Positions 24,843-35,653 are shown, counted from the stretch's first letter. The stretch is DNA of 64,000 nucleotides from an uncultured Gemmatimonadales bacterium (GCA_963793305.1 CAWBZV010000002.1:416001-480000), one strand, 5' to 3'. Notes: a model not told the origin generated them from the sequence alone. A program made the numbers and translations.

Positions 24843-26320
24843 GGCGCCATCGCGCTGAAGTCCGTGTCGCCGAGACCCGTCAATTCGGTGAACGTGCGCC
24901 ACGCGTCCGGCTCCACGCCACCGCTCGCGAGTTGCTCGATGGCCAGGAATGGAGCAATCGACACACCGTCCTTGTGTAAGCCGATCGGCCGACCGAGCAT
25001 CGCCGAGAGCGTCCAGCCGTTCGCGTAGAGCGCGATGACGATCGGAGCCCCCAGCGTCGCGGCGAGCTGACGCGCGCGCTCTTCTTTGTTCGGGGTCCGA
25101 ATGCCCATGTTGACCGCGAGCCCTTCGAAGTCGAACGTGGGGTTGCCGAGCGCGGCGAGCGTCAGTCCGCGTAACCGTGGCATTTTCGCCCGGGCCACGC
25201 GCCGCCAGCGCGGAATCCAGACGCGCTCGCCGACGCTGGTCCACGCGATCGCTTGCAGTTTGTTGGCGCGGTCCTTCGGCGCGAGCGTCTTGGTGAGCGC
25301 GGCCTCGAGGCTCTCAATGTCGTCCAGCAGCGACAGCGCGGGCGCGCGATCCGATTCAGCGCCCGCGGGTAGCGGAGAAGGGAGCTCGCCGAGCGAAGCG
25401 AGTGCCGCGAGACGCTCGCGAAGCGCGGGATGCGTGTTGTAGGTCCCGGCGCTCCCGTGCTCGAGCTCCTCGGCCAGCAGCTGCAACGTCTGCCGGGCGA
25501 TCACGGGCTGCGCCAGGAAATCGCGAAACCCCGCGACCACCGGCGGCCGAAATCCTTCCGCCAGCGCCGGGTCGTACTCCGTTTGCCAGAAGCTGTTGAA
25601 CGCCGGTGCAGTTCGCTTGATGGTCCTGAGCCCGCTGCTGACGGTGTCGACCCCGACAAGGCGGGCGGCCAGCGCGTCCGCGGCGTATTCCTGCCGTCGC
25701 GAGATCGACAGCGTCACCTTCAGGAAGGTCTTGCCGTACACCGTGAATGGCGTCCGTATCAGCTTATGATAGCCCGACAGTTGGTCGAGGGTCCGCTCGA
25801 TCGCGCCACGCGTCTGATAGATCCACGGACCGAGCGCGGTATCGCCACCGTGATAGTGTCCGAACTCGTGCGCGAGAACGCCGCGCATCTCGCCGACATC
25901 GAGCGTCTCGAGGAGCGGCAGCCCAATGGCCATGACGCGCCGGCCGCCGATGCCCATGACCCCGCCCCGTTGCGCGACCCAGGCATTGAGATCGCCGATG
26001 AGATACACGGACTTGGGTCTCGCCTGACCCGTGGCGGTCGCGAGGGCATCGAGCACCGCGAACAGGCGCGGTTGCTTGGCCGGGAGCAGTTCGACGCCGG
26101 GTGGCTTGAACTTGTCGATGCGCGGCGCGACGCCGACGAGGATGCCGATGGCGGCGCCAATGGACGCGAGTCCGATCCGGAGATCCACTCGATCGATATA
26201 GTGGTACTCGAGGTATGGGACGGAGAGCAGTCCCACGACCAGTGCGGCGGCCAACACGTAGAAGCCGACCATGAGCGCGACCGCGAGCGCTGCCCGTGCG
26301 GCGAGCGATGGTGCTGGCAT
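24827..26320 (-). CDS. M48 family zinc metallopeptidase
   Basis: N-terminal TM helices; LAHEFGH, SRRQEYAADA, THPALRERL. Confidence 0.88.
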   Translation of the reverse strand: MPAPSLAARAALAVALMVGFYVLAAALVVGLLSVPYLEYHYIDRVDLRIGLASIGAAIGILVGVAPRIDKFKPPGVELLPAKQPRLFAVLDALATATGQARPKSVYLIGDLNAWVAQRGGVMGIGGRRVMAIGLPLLETLDVGEMRGVLAHEFGHYHGGDTALGPWIYQTRGAIERTLDQLSGYHKLIRTPFTVYGKTFLKVTLSISRRQEYAADALAARLVGVDTVSSGLRTIKRTAPAFNSFWQTEYDPALAEGFRPPVVAGFRDFLAQPVIARQTLQLLAEELEHGSAGTYNTHPALRERLAALASLGELPSPLPAGAESDRAPALSLLDDIESLEAALTKTLAPKDRANKLQAIAWTSVGERVWIPRWRRVARAKMPRLRGLTLAALGNPTFDFEGLAVNMGIRTPNKEERARQLAATLGAPIVIALYANGWTLSAMLGRPIGLHKDGVSIAPFLAIEQLASGGVEPDAWRTFTELTGLGDTDFSAMAPQAKA

Positions 26321-26322
26321 GG

Positions 26323-26769
26323 CTAGAACACGAGATTCCGGATGATGCGCCACGCACCGTCCGACTCTTTGCGCCAGACGGTGAGGTACGGCCCGCGCGA
26401 GCTGTGGATGGCGCCGGCCGTGTCGGTGAACGTCATGCCGCCGTGACCCCACTCATAGACAAGCGTGTCGTTCACCGCCTGCACGCCCTCGCGCACGATG
26501 GCCCCAGCGTGGATGCTTGCAATCGAGCCCAATCGGCGCCGGTACAAGGCCGCAATGCTGTCGCGGCTGCGAATGACCACGCCGGCCGCCGTCACGAACA
26601 TCCCGTCGCGATCGTAGGGCGCGACGATGCGCTCCACGTCGCGCGACTGCATGGCGCCGAGCCAGTCGGAGTCCGCGCGATCGATCGTCGACAACGCCGC
26701 GGCGCTCTGCGCGCGCACCGCCACCGGCGCCAGCGCGGCGAGGCCCAGCAAGGCGACGCAGAGTCTCAT
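26323..26769 (-). CDS. secreted NTF2-like/DUF4440 protein
   Basis: Signal peptide; GPYLTVWRKESDGAWRI. Confidence 0.8.
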   Translation of the reverse strand: MRLCVALLGLAALAPVAVRAQSAAALSTIDRADSDWLGAMQSRDVERIVAPYDRDGMFVTAAGVVIRSRDSIAALYRRRLGSIASIHAGAIVREGVQAVNDTLVYEWGHGGMTFTDTAGAIHSSRGPYLTVWRKESDGAWRIIRNLVF

Positions 26770-26775
26770 CGGAGA

Positions 26776-27993
26776 TCAGCTGAGCGCTTCGAGCAGCCGT
26801 TCAACGTCCGCCATATCGTTGTAGACCGACGGCGCGATGCGCATCCAATAGTCGGCGACCCGAACACTCACGCGCGCGGCCTGCAGCTTCTTGGTGATGC
26901 CCGCCCCGTCCTTGTGCGCAAACGTCACGATCGGCGACGTGCTGTCGATGGGCGTTTGCGGCGTGAACCCGAGTCGCGGCATCTCGGTCTGCAGACGTTG
27001 GAGCAGCGGCTGTCGATGCGCCCGGATCGCGTCCACGCCGAGCGATTGGATATAGGGGAGCGAGACCGCCAGCGCCGCGCGCGCGCCATAGGCCAAGGTG
27101 CCGAGGTGCGTGTAGCTGTTGGTGTCCGGGCCGAGGGTGTACGTCAACGGCGTCGCCGACTGCGGATCGAGCGGCGAGAGATGGATCTCGGCGTCCGGCG
27201 CCGACTCGTAGCTCGCATGCAGTCGGGGGAAGACGGTGCCGAGGAGATCCTCGCGCACGTACATGAAGGCGAGGCCGAAGTCACCCATGAGCCACTTGTA
27301 GGTAGCCGCTGCCGCGAAGTCGACGCCGGTCGCGTGAATGTCGAGTGGGATCGCGCCGGCGCCCTGGATGAGATCCGCGTAGACATACGCGCCGTGGGCA
27401 TGCGCGAGGTCGGCCACGGCCTTCAAGTCGTGCTGGAAGCCGTTGTACATCGAGACGAAGGACACTTCGATGAGCCGCGTGTTCGTATCGACGACCCGCT
27501 CCATGTCGCGCATATCGATCCGCCCCTCGCGGGGCGTCACGATGCGCAGATCGAGCCCGCGCTTTCGCAATTCGAGGAGATGCACGAGCGCGCCATCGAA
27601 ATGCAGCCCATCGGTCACCACGTTGCCTGGCCCTTTCCCAATCCCCAGCGCCTCGACGACCAAATTCTCGCCGGTGCTCGTATTCGGGATATAGCCGATC
27701 TCGGACGGCTTCGCGTTGATCAGTGCCGCAAACGCGGCGACCGGATCGACGGGACGCGCGGGCGCATCCGCGAAACCCACCATCGAACGATGATCGAGGA
27801 ATGCCCGGTACGCGTCGGCCGCGGCGACGGGCATCGGATGCGTGTACGCCCCGTTGATATACGTCCATCCGTCCGCAAACCGAAAATCCGCCTTGCGCGG
27901 AAACCCCGGCGCGGGAAAATCGAAGCGACCCCGCGCCGCGCCGGCGACAATGCCACCGAGGCTCATGAGCATATCGCGCCGGTTGAGCGTCAT
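26776..27993 (-). CDS. class V PLP-dependent aminotransferase-like protein with Tat-like leader
   Basis: NRRDML N-terminus; ADLIQGAG, ATYKWLMG PLP lysine motif. Confidence 0.85.
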   Translation of the reverse strand: MTLNRRDMLMSLGGIVAGAARGRFDFPAPGFPRKADFRFADGWTYINGAYTHPMPVAAADAYRAFLDHRSMVGFADAPARPVDPVAAFAALINAKPSEIGYIPNTSTGENLVVEALGIGKGPGNVVTDGLHFDGALVHLLELRKRGLDLRIVTPREGRIDMRDMERVVDTNTRLIEVSFVSMYNGFQHDLKAVADLAHAHGAYVYADLIQGAGAIPLDIHATGVDFAAAATYKWLMGDFGLAFMYVREDLLGTVFPRLHASYESAPDAEIHLSPLDPQSATPLTYTLGPDTNSYTHLGTLAYGARAALAVSLPYIQSLGVDAIRAHRQPLLQRLQTEMPRLGFTPQTPIDSTSPIVTFAHKDGAGITKKLQAARVSVRVADYWMRIAPSVYNDMADVERLLEALS

Positions 27994-28931
27994 GCGTCGG
28001 CCAGCACGTCGCGAAAAACCGGCCGATCGACGTTGCCACCGCTCAAGAATACCGCCACCCGCTTGCCGGCCACCCGCGGGCGATCGCTCAGCACGGCGGC
28101 GAGTCCGACGGCGCCAGCGCCCTCGGCCACATTGTGGGTGTCCGTGAAGTACGCGCGCATCGCCGAGCGAATCGCGTCCTCGGATACCGTCACCACGCGA
28201 GCGACGCCACGGCGAATGATCTCGACGGCTTCACTCACCGGAGCGCGGACCGCCACGCCGTCCGCGATCGTATCGCCCGGGGGCGACGGAATCGCATGAC
28301 CCGCCTCGAATGAGCGTGCATAGGCCGGCAAGCGATCACTGACGACGCCGACGATCTCAGTCCGAAGACCCAGTGCATCCCGGGCCGCGACCGCGCCGCA
28401 GATACACGAACCCTGGCCGATCGCAACGTAGAGCACGTCGAGGTCGGGCACCGCGCGAAACAGCTCGAGGCTCGCCAATGCCACCCCGCGCACCAGCGAC
28501 GGATGAAAGCTCCGCGTCATGTGCAATCCACGCTCCGCGGCTACCTGCTCGGCGTGCGCGACGGCTTCCTCGAAATGATCGCCGCACTCGATGAGCTCCG
28601 CGCCGAGCGCGCGCGTGGCCGCATTCTTCTCGCGGCTGTTGCCGTGCGGCACGACGATCGATATCGGGATGCCGACCTTGCGCGCGGCGAACGCCATGCT
28701 CTGGCCGAAATTGCCCCTCGTCGCGGCAATCAGGCCTGGCGGACGTGGCGATAAGCTCGCGACGTACACCAAGGCGCCGCGAATCTTGAATGACCCGACG
28801 GGCGTGTGATTCTCATGCTTGACCCACAAATCGCAGCCCGCGCGCGCTGAGAGCAGCGGCCAAGCGATTTGCGGAGTTGGCGGCAGCGTCGCGTGAACGA
28901 CCGCGGCGGCTTGCTCGAGGTCGGCGAGCAT
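27990..28931 (-). CDS. threonine/serine dehydratase-like PLP enzyme
   Basis: KHENHTPVGSFKIRG, ATRGNFGQ, LSGGNVD. Confidence 0.9.
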   Translation of the reverse strand: MLADLEQAAAVVHATLPPTPQIAWPLLSARAGCDLWVKHENHTPVGSFKIRGALVYVASLSPRPPGLIAATRGNFGQSMAFAARKVGIPISIVVPHGNSREKNAATRALGAELIECGDHFEEAVAHAEQVAAERGLHMTRSFHPSLVRGVALASLELFRAVPDLDVLYVAIGQGSCICGAVAARDALGLRTEIVGVVSDRLPAYARSFEAGHAIPSPPGDTIADGVAVRAPVSEAVEIIRRGVARVVTVSEDAIRSAMRAYFTDTHNVAEGAGAVGLAAVLSDRPRVAGKRVAVFLSGGNVDRPVFRDVLADA

Positions 28932-28956
28932 AGAGAAAAGTATACAGCCTTACGGC

Positions 28957-30385
28957 CTATTGTTGGAGTTGCCGGCGCCGACTCTTGAGGTTGTCGACGA
29001 CTCCGGTCAGCGACTCCGGCACCGGCGCCGCATCGCGCGTCAACGCGCGGAGCCCACGACGGCCAGCCTCCGCGATGTACGTGTACTCGTTGAGCCAATG
29101 TTTCCCGGCGATCTCGCCCATGATCCGGTAGTGCTCGACCGCCCGCGCGCCGAGCCCTAAGAGTCCGTAGCCATCGGCCAGGCGCCAATGGAGCTCCGCC
29201 TGCAAGCGCGCGGGCAACTGCGCCGGATCACCAACCGCCCGCCGGTGATGCTCGAACCCCAGCTCGTCCCCATCCTCGGCCGCCAACCGCAGCAGGTCGA
29301 TCGCGGCCTGCGCCCGCGCGTCGCTCTCGACCGCCGTCGCCTCCGCGATGAGGAACGCATCGCGCGCCGCATCGCGGGCGCCGAGGCGCGACAGCGCGCA
29401 CGCCAGATCCTGAAGGACACGCTCGCGCTGCGCCGACTCGACGCAGGCTTCGAGCGCGGTCGAGAAGTAATTGGCCGCCTCCTCGTCCAGATTCTGCATC
29501 AGCGCGACGTGGCCGCGATCGTGGGACGCGCGCGCAAAGGCATCGCGATGCCCACCCTCGCGCGCTTCGCGCATCACGGCGTCGAAGATTGCGATGGCCT
29601 GCGGCACCTGGCCCCGGTGTAAGGCCACGTGGCCCTGCCCATTGCGGAGCCGGAGCTCGGCGGCCGTGTCGCCCGCGGCACGTGCCGCCTCGCGACCCTC
29701 TTCGTAGGCGCGCGCCGCATCGTCCATGTGGCCCAGCTGGCGATGGCAGAAGGCGAGCCGGCCGTAGACGAGCGGCAGGCCCCGCCGATCCTCCGGCTCG
29801 AACGCGTATCGGCAGGCCATCTGATACACGTCCACCGCCAACGAGAATTCGGCGTGCGTCTCCAGCAGCAGCCCGTATCCGAATAGCAGCGTCGGGAGCG
29901 ATCCGACCTCATCGTCCGAAAACTCGCGGGGGACTTCGGTCAACTTCCGCAGGACGTCGCGCATCCGGTCGTCCGGCACGCCATCAATGGTGCGTCGCAC
30001 CAGCACGACCTCCCGAAACGTTGGACCGTGCCCAGTCTCCGCGCGGTTGACCCACCGGTCGATGAGGCGCAGGGTCAACAACCCAGCTCGGAATGCTCGC
30101 TGGAGAGGCGAGTCGTCGGCGAGCGCTCCCAGTCGCCTGAAAAACGCCAGAATGGGCGACCCCCTCGGCCTGTGGTCCGCCTAAGCCCTCGTGCGGGTGC
30201 GCCGGCTCATGGGCGGGCGGGGTATCCGGCGGCGCATCGATCGGCTGCCAATAGAACTGGATCGTCGCGCCGCGCGCGTCGCGCACAATACGCTGTGCCC
30301 GCCGATAGCCATTGCAGCACTTAGCGGCATCGTCAGCCAGAACCCACGTGTGGCGCTCCGGACCGGAGCAGCGGAAAACGTCCAT
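28957..30385 (-). CDS. TPR-repeat protein with Cys/His-containing N-terminal extension (apparent frameshift ~30151)
   Basis: Removing one base at 30149-30154 joins MDVFRCSG...GVAH to LAFFRRLG...GLLTLRLIDRW and the helical TPR body. Confidence 0.65.
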
Positions 30386-30530
30386 GCACGGCCGATGGCA
30401 GGTGTGAGGCTCGCGGCGAGCCCTCGCGACCTTGATCACCGGCGAACATATCTTGACGCCACGCGCCAACCAGATGCGAGAACGCCCCGGCCCTACTCGT
30501 CCACAGGTTCTTGCCCGTGCGTTCCCTGCC

Positions 30531-30782
30531 TCACCGCGCGCTTTTGCGCTTCGCCGCTGGTCGCCGAACGGCCTGACGCTCGTACGCGAACAGCGCCGAC
30601 GGCTCGACCTGCAGCACGTCGCACAGCGCCTGCAACACGCCGAGGCTCACGAACTTGACGGCTCCCCGTTCGCGGGCGATGCGGTACAGGGTCGCTTCGG
30701 TCAATCTCCCGCCCGAATCGCGCGCGACCTCGTACGGGGTCTGATTCCGCTCCTTGAATAACTCCGGAATGCGCAACCGCAT
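30531..30782 (-). CDS. Cro/C1-type HTH regulator
   Basis: TPYEVARDSGGRLTEATLYRIA...LQALCDVLQVEPSALF. Confidence 0.8.
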   Translation of the reverse strand: MRLRIPELFKERNQTPYEVARDSGGRLTEATLYRIARERGAVKFVSLGVLQALCDVLQVEPSALFAYERQAVRRPAAKRKSAR

Positions 30783-30893
30783 TGGGCCGAAGCTATTTGG
30801 GAACAAGCGGCGCGGTAGTGTCAGAGTCAATTGCACTCAAGGTCGTTAGTATTGGGTGAGGCAAATTCACCGTCATTTCAACGGGAGCGCCCA

Positions 30894-31166
30894 ATGCCTG
30901 ACCACGCGCCCAAGCGTCGTTCGTTACTCACCCGCGAACTGGCTGGACGCGCTGTCCACACGCTGCGACAGCGGCGTCTGCTCAGCCAGGAGAAACTCGG
31001 TCGGTTGAGTGGTGTCGACCGTCCTGCCATTGGGAGCATGGAGCGAGGCGAGCGTTGGGGGCTGCTGTTGACGTACGACAAGCTGCTCATGGGCCTGGGA
31101 GCCACATGGACCGAGTTGGGCGCGGAGCTCGATCGGCTCATCGCAGCCAATCGCAACCGGTCCTAA
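30894..31166 (+). CDS. XRE family HTH regulator
   Basis: LRQRRLLSQEKLGRLSGVDRPAIGSMERGER; GGGAG RBS. Confidence 0.8.
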   Translation: MPDHAPKRRSLLTRELAGRAVHTLRQRRLLSQEKLGRLSGVDRPAIGSMERGERWGLLLTYDKLLMGLGATWTELGAELDRLIAANRNRS

Positions 31167-31249
31167 GTTATGTGACAGAAGCGCATTCGAGCCCTCGCCA
31201 CGATCGTCGGATGCGTCGCTATCCTGGGTACCACTACGCGACCGCACGG

Positions 31250-31660
31250 CAGTTGGACATCATCGGACGCCATCCGCACCTCGTCGACGCAGCAGTGCTC
31301 GTCTCGTGTCCGTGTGATCTCGGACCATGGCGGCGGCATATGTTCTACCTACAGCATCAGCTGGTCTACTGGTTGCCCGTGCACAGCCTCTCGCCCATGG
31401 ACCTGGCCTCGGAGGTCGATACCGCGACACCGGTCAAGGTCATCGTCGGCGATTCGGACAATGTGGCACCGCCGGAGCTGAGTCGTGCCTACGCCGCCAA
31501 GCTCCGCGACCGCCACGTCCCCGTGACATTGATCGAGATCCCTGGCGCGCCACACAACATCCTCCTCGATCCGCGTGTGCTGAGCGAGATCGCCGCGATG
31601 CGGTATCTTATACGCCGTGTTGCGCTTGATCACGCTCGGCGGCTTGGCCCTGACACGTGA
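31250..31660 (+). pseudogene. C-terminal fragment of an alpha/beta hydrolase
   Basis: VLVSCPCDL, VIVGDSDNVAPPELS, IPGAPHN (Asp/His end); no GxSxG motif or credible start upstream. Confidence 0.6.
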
Positions 31661-33197
31661 CGGTGCCCCATATGCCGGCGCGGCAGCCCAACGCCGGCGC
31701 CTGGCTCTGTTGGCCGTTGTGGCTGCCTCGGGCACGACAGGCGTCAGCCGGGACAGACTGCTCTCGTTTTTCTGGCCGGACTCGGGCGAAGACCAGGCGC
31801 GGCACGCTCTGAACCAGGCGCTGTTTCAGATTCGGCAAGCGCTTGGCTCCGAGGCCATCGCCTCCGCCAGCACCTCGTTGGCGCTCAACCCCGCGGTCGT
31901 ATCGAGCGACATAGCCGATTTCGACCTCGCCACCAGTGACCGGGCGCACGAGCGGGCGGCAGCGCTGTACCAAGGGCCGTTTCTGGACGGCTTTTTCCTG
32001 TCCGACGCGCCCGACTTCGAGCGCTGGGTCACCTCGACGCGCTCTCGCCTGGCGCGAACATGGGGTTCGGTCGTCGACTCTTTGGCGACTGCGGCCGCCG
32101 CCCTCCGGGATCGAGCGGCCGTCGTCCGCTGGCGTCAGCAACTGGCGAACGCCGACCCGCTGAATACGAACAACATCATCGCTCTCGTGGAAGCCCACGT
32201 TGCCGCGGGCGACCGGGCGGCGGCGCTACGGGCCGTTGCCGCGCATGACTCTCTCGTCCGCACGGAGCTCGACAGTGAGCCGGATCAGGAGATCCAGCAG
32301 TGGATCGCCCGCCTCAAAACCGCGCCGTCACCCGAGCCACAGACCGGCGAGTCGCGGCTCCGGGCCCGCGTAGAGCGCGTGACGAATGGCCGCTACGTGT
32401 ATGATCGGGTTCTGGCGAAGGGTGCCGTCCTCACGACGCTGGCCGTCACGGACACGCGGGAGGGGGTCGCGGTCGCCCTCCACATCGTCAGCACCCAGGC
32501 GATGGGCCACGCCGATCCCGCGCGCTTTGTCCAGACATTGCTGCGCGTGGGCGCGGTCGGCGACCCGCGCGTGCTCCCGGTGCTCGACGCGGCGGCCACC
32601 GAGGAGATCGCCTACTACGTGACGCCGCCGTCGACAGGACCGACGTTGCGCGAACGCTTGGCGCGCGATCGGGAGGTCTCGATTCCCGACGCGATTCGCC
32701 TGGCGCGCGACCTCGCCGCGACCCTCGCGGTCGCTCACCGGCACAACGTCCTGCATGGTGATTTGCGACCAAAGCATGTGGAACTCTTGACCAATGGCGT
32801 GGTCGTCGGCGGCTGGGCACTGATCGACGCGTTGGCGTCGGTCGGCGAGCTCGGTGGCGCGTCGAGCGTGCCTGAGACTGCCGTCACGATCGCCGCGCCC
32901 GCGTACGCGAGCCCCGAGCAGCTGGAGGGTGGTCGCTTGCCAGATGCGCGAAGCGACGTGTACAGCCTCGGGTGCGTGCTGTTCGAGGCACTGGCCGGCA
33001 CGCCACCGTTTGCGCCGACGGGGGGGCACGCTATTCTTGTGCGGAAGCTGACCGAGCCCGCGCCGTCCGTGCGCGACGCGCGAGCGAGCGTTCCCGAGGA
33101 TCTCGACGCCGTGCTGCGCACCTGCCTCGCCCGTTCGCCAGCCGATCGGTACGCATCGGGCGCGGCACTCGCGGACGCCCTAGCCACGCTCACGTGA
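31617..33197 (+). CDS. SARP/BTAD regulator fused to degenerate Ser/Thr kinase domain
   Basis: RLITLGGL, LYQGPFLDG, FERWV (BTAD); kinase-like HGDLRP, YASPEQ, SDVYSLG. Confidence 0.85.
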   Translation: MLRLITLGGLALTRDGAPYAGAAAQRRRLALLAVVAASGTTGVSRDRLLSFFWPDSGEDQARHALNQALFQIRQALGSEAIASASTSLALNPAVVSSDIADFDLATSDRAHERAAALYQGPFLDGFFLSDAPDFERWVTSTRSRLARTWGSVVDSLATAAAALRDRAAVVRWRQQLANADPLNTNNIIALVEAHVAAGDRAAALRAVAAHDSLVRTELDSEPDQEIQQWIARLKTAPSPEPQTGESRLRARVERVTNGRYVYDRVLAKGAVLTTLAVTDTREGVAVALHIVSTQAMGHADPARFVQTLLRVGAVGDPRVLPVLDAAATEEIAYYVTPPSTGPTLRERLARDREVSIPDAIRLARDLAATLAVAHRHNVLHGDLRPKHVELLTNGVVVGGWALIDALASVGELGGASSVPETAVTIAAPAYASPEQLEGGRLPDARSDVYSLGCVLFEALAGTPPFAPTGGHAILVRKLTEPAPSVRDARASVPEDLDAVLRTCLARSPADRYASGAALADALATLT

Positions 33198-35653
33198 CCG
33201 GACTTCAGGAAGAGCTTCAAGCCTCGCTGGGATCGCAGTACACGCTCGAGCGCGAGCTCGGCGGCGGTGGAATGTCTCGCGTGTTCCTCGCCGTCGAGAA
33301 CACCCTCGGCCGCTGGGTCGTTGTGAAGGTCCTCGCGCCCGACATGATGATCGGCGTGAGCGTCGAACGGTTTCGGCGCGAGATCATGATGGTCGCGCGG
33401 CTCCAGCACCCGAATATCGTGCCGGTGATCGCGGCGGGCGAAGCGGCGGGGCTGCCGTACTTCACGATGCCGTTGGTCGAAGGCGAGTCGCTGCGCGCGC
33501 GCATCGTCCGCTCGGGTGAGCTGCCGGTCCCCGAGGTCGTGCGCATCTTGCGCGGCGTCGCCTCGGCCCTCGCCTACGCGCACGAGAACGGCGTCGTCCA
33601 CCGCGACATCAAGCCGGACAATATTCTGCTCGGCAAGCACCACGCGCTGGTCGCCGATTTCGGCGTCGCCAAGGCACTGTCGGCGTCAGCCACGCAAGCG
33701 CAGGGTCCCCTGACGTCCGTGGGCGTCGCGCTCGGCACACCCACGTACATGGCGCCGGAGCAGGCGCTGGCCGACCCGAATGTCGACGGCCGGGCCGATC
33801 TCTACGCGCTTGGCGTGGTGGCGTACGAGATGCTGACCGGGTACCCGCCGTTCACCGGCGCTTCACCGCAAGCCATTCTTGGCGCGTCCCGAACGGAACC
33901 GGCGGCGCCGGTCACCACGCGGCGGCCGGCGACGCCTCCGGCGCTCGCGGCGCTGGTCATGCGATTGTTGGAGAAGCGGCCCGCCGACCGGCCGCAGTCG
34001 GCTGATGACGTCATCACCGCACTCGAGTCGCTGGCCACGCCATCGGGAGTCACTGTCCCGGCGGCCGTCACGGTTCCGACGACCATGGAGAAACCCGGCC
34101 CCAGCCCGCGGCAGTGGCGCCTCATCGGCGGCGCGGCGGCGGCCGTCGCTGTGATTGCGCTCGGGGCAGCGGCGGTCATTCAGTTTGGACGTACACCGCC
34201 GCCCAAGCCGGCGGCCCCACCGCCGGCCCCGGCGCCGCGCCCGGTGCAGTCGGTGGCGGTGCTGCCGTTCACCAATGTCGGGCACGACACGGCGGCGGAG
34301 TATTTCGCCGAGGGCATGGCCGATGAGTTGACGACAGCGCTCGCGCACGTCCCGGGTCTCCGGGTGGCGGCTCGCAGCACCGCGTTCACGTACAAGGGCA
34401 CGACCCTCGGTGCGCAGGACATCGGGCAACGGTTGCGCGTGAGCGATGTCCTGGAGGGCAGCGTGCTCCGCGTGGGCGGCCGCTTCCGCCTCACCGCTCA
34501 ACTGGTCAGCACGTCCGACGGGCTCGCCGTGTGGAGCGATTCGTATGAGCGTCACGCCGCGGATGTGTTTCAAGTGCAGGATGAATTGGCGCGCAATATC
34601 GCGGGTGCGCTGAACGCGACGCTCACGGCTGCCGACACGGGAGCCAACGCGACCAGCCTGGCGCCGCGTGGAACAACGAACCTCGCCGCCTACGATCTCT
34701 TTCTCCAAGGACGCTACTTCTTCTCGAGTGGCGATCCGGCATCGCTCCGCCGTGCGGCTGGCTTGTTCCAGCAGGCGATCGCCAAAGACCCATCATTCGC
34801 GCGCGCGCACGCCGAGCTGGCGATGAGTTACGTGCTGTTGTCGCGCTACGGTGGCGCGCGCGCCGATTCCGACATCGCGCGCGGGGAACGCAGCGCGATG
34901 CGAGCGCTGTCGTTCGATCCCGAAAACGCCGAAGCGCACTTGGCGTTGGGCGATGTCCGCATTCACCAGTGGCGGTGGGCCGAAGCGGAACGCGAGTTGG
35001 ATCACAGCCTGGAGCTGGATCCCCAGAACCCGCTCGTGCATCTCTGGCACGCCGACCTCTTTCTTGGCCTCGGGCAGGTCGACCAAGCCGTCGATCACGC
35101 GAAGATGGCCTACGACCTCGACCCGCTGACGCCGCTCGGGAATCAGACGCTCGGTACGGCATTGGTCGACGCCCACCGCTTCGATGAGGCGGCGACGGCG
35201 GCGCGTCACGGGCTCGGGTTGGACTCGACGCTCGCCGGGCTGCATACCGCGCTCATGGAGGCGGAGTTGTTCGGCGGCCACCGGGACAGCGCGGTGGCCG
35301 CGGCAAACCGCGCGCTCCGTCTGGCGCGAGGCGCTCCCGGCGTTCGCAGCGTGGCCACCTGGGTGTATATGTCGGCCGGTCGCCAGAACGATGCGGACGG
35401 GCTCGTGGCCGAGATGCGCCGAGGGTTGGCGCGCGGCACGGTGCCCGCGCTCGACTACGCCGACGCCCAGCTCGCGCTCGGCAATACCGATTCCGCGCTC
35501 GTCTGGGTCGAGCGCAGTGTACGGCGGCACGACGCCGAGCCGGTGTGGAATGGCTTGGCGTGCGATCCGACCTATGATGGGCTCAAGCGGGACCCTCGCT
35601 TCGTCGCGATCATGCAACCCACGGGCATGCACGTCTGCCAGCCGACCAAGTAG
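33194..35653 (+). CDS. Ser/Thr protein kinase with TM, TolB-like and TPR domains
   Basis: ELGGGGMSRV, VVVK, HRDIKPDN, DFG, YMAPEQ; SVAVLPFTN; TPR tail; GTGA overlap with upstream gene. Confidence 0.92.
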   Translation: MTGLQEELQASLGSQYTLERELGGGGMSRVFLAVENTLGRWVVVKVLAPDMMIGVSVERFRREIMMVARLQHPNIVPVIAAGEAAGLPYFTMPLVEGESLRARIVRSGELPVPEVVRILRGVASALAYAHENGVVHRDIKPDNILLGKHHALVADFGVAKALSASATQAQGPLTSVGVALGTPTYMAPEQALADPNVDGRADLYALGVVAYEMLTGYPPFTGASPQAILGASRTEPAAPVTTRRPATPPALAALVMRLLEKRPADRPQSADDVITALESLATPSGVTVPAAVTVPTTMEKPGPSPRQWRLIGGAAAAVAVIALGAAAVIQFGRTPPPKPAAPPPAPAPRPVQSVAVLPFTNVGHDTAAEYFAEGMADELTTALAHVPGLRVAARSTAFTYKGTTLGAQDIGQRLRVSDVLEGSVLRVGGRFRLTAQLVSTSDGLAVWSDSYERHAADVFQVQDELARNIAGALNATLTAADTGANATSLAPRGTTNLAAYDLFLQGRYFFSSGDPASLRRAAGLFQQAIAKDPSFARAHAELAMSYVLLSRYGGARADSDIARGERSAMRALSFDPENAEAHLALGDVRIHQWRWAEAERELDHSLELDPQNPLVHLWHADLFLGLGQVDQAVDHAKMAYDLDPLTPLGNQTLGTALVDAHRFDEAATAARHGLGLDSTLAGLHTALMEAELFGGHRDSAVAAANRALRLARGAPGVRSVATWVYMSAGRQNDADGLVAEMRRGLARGTVPALDYADAQLALGNTDSALVWVERSVRRHDAEPVWNGLACDPTYDGLKRDPRFVAIMQPTGMHVCQPTK

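Noticed and set aside
26296..28299. 667-aa plus-strand ORF and similar long shadow ORFs (e.g. 6978-8162, 14894-16117, 60374-61606)
   Set aside because: Antisense to well-supported genes, with composition typical of high-GC shadow frames.
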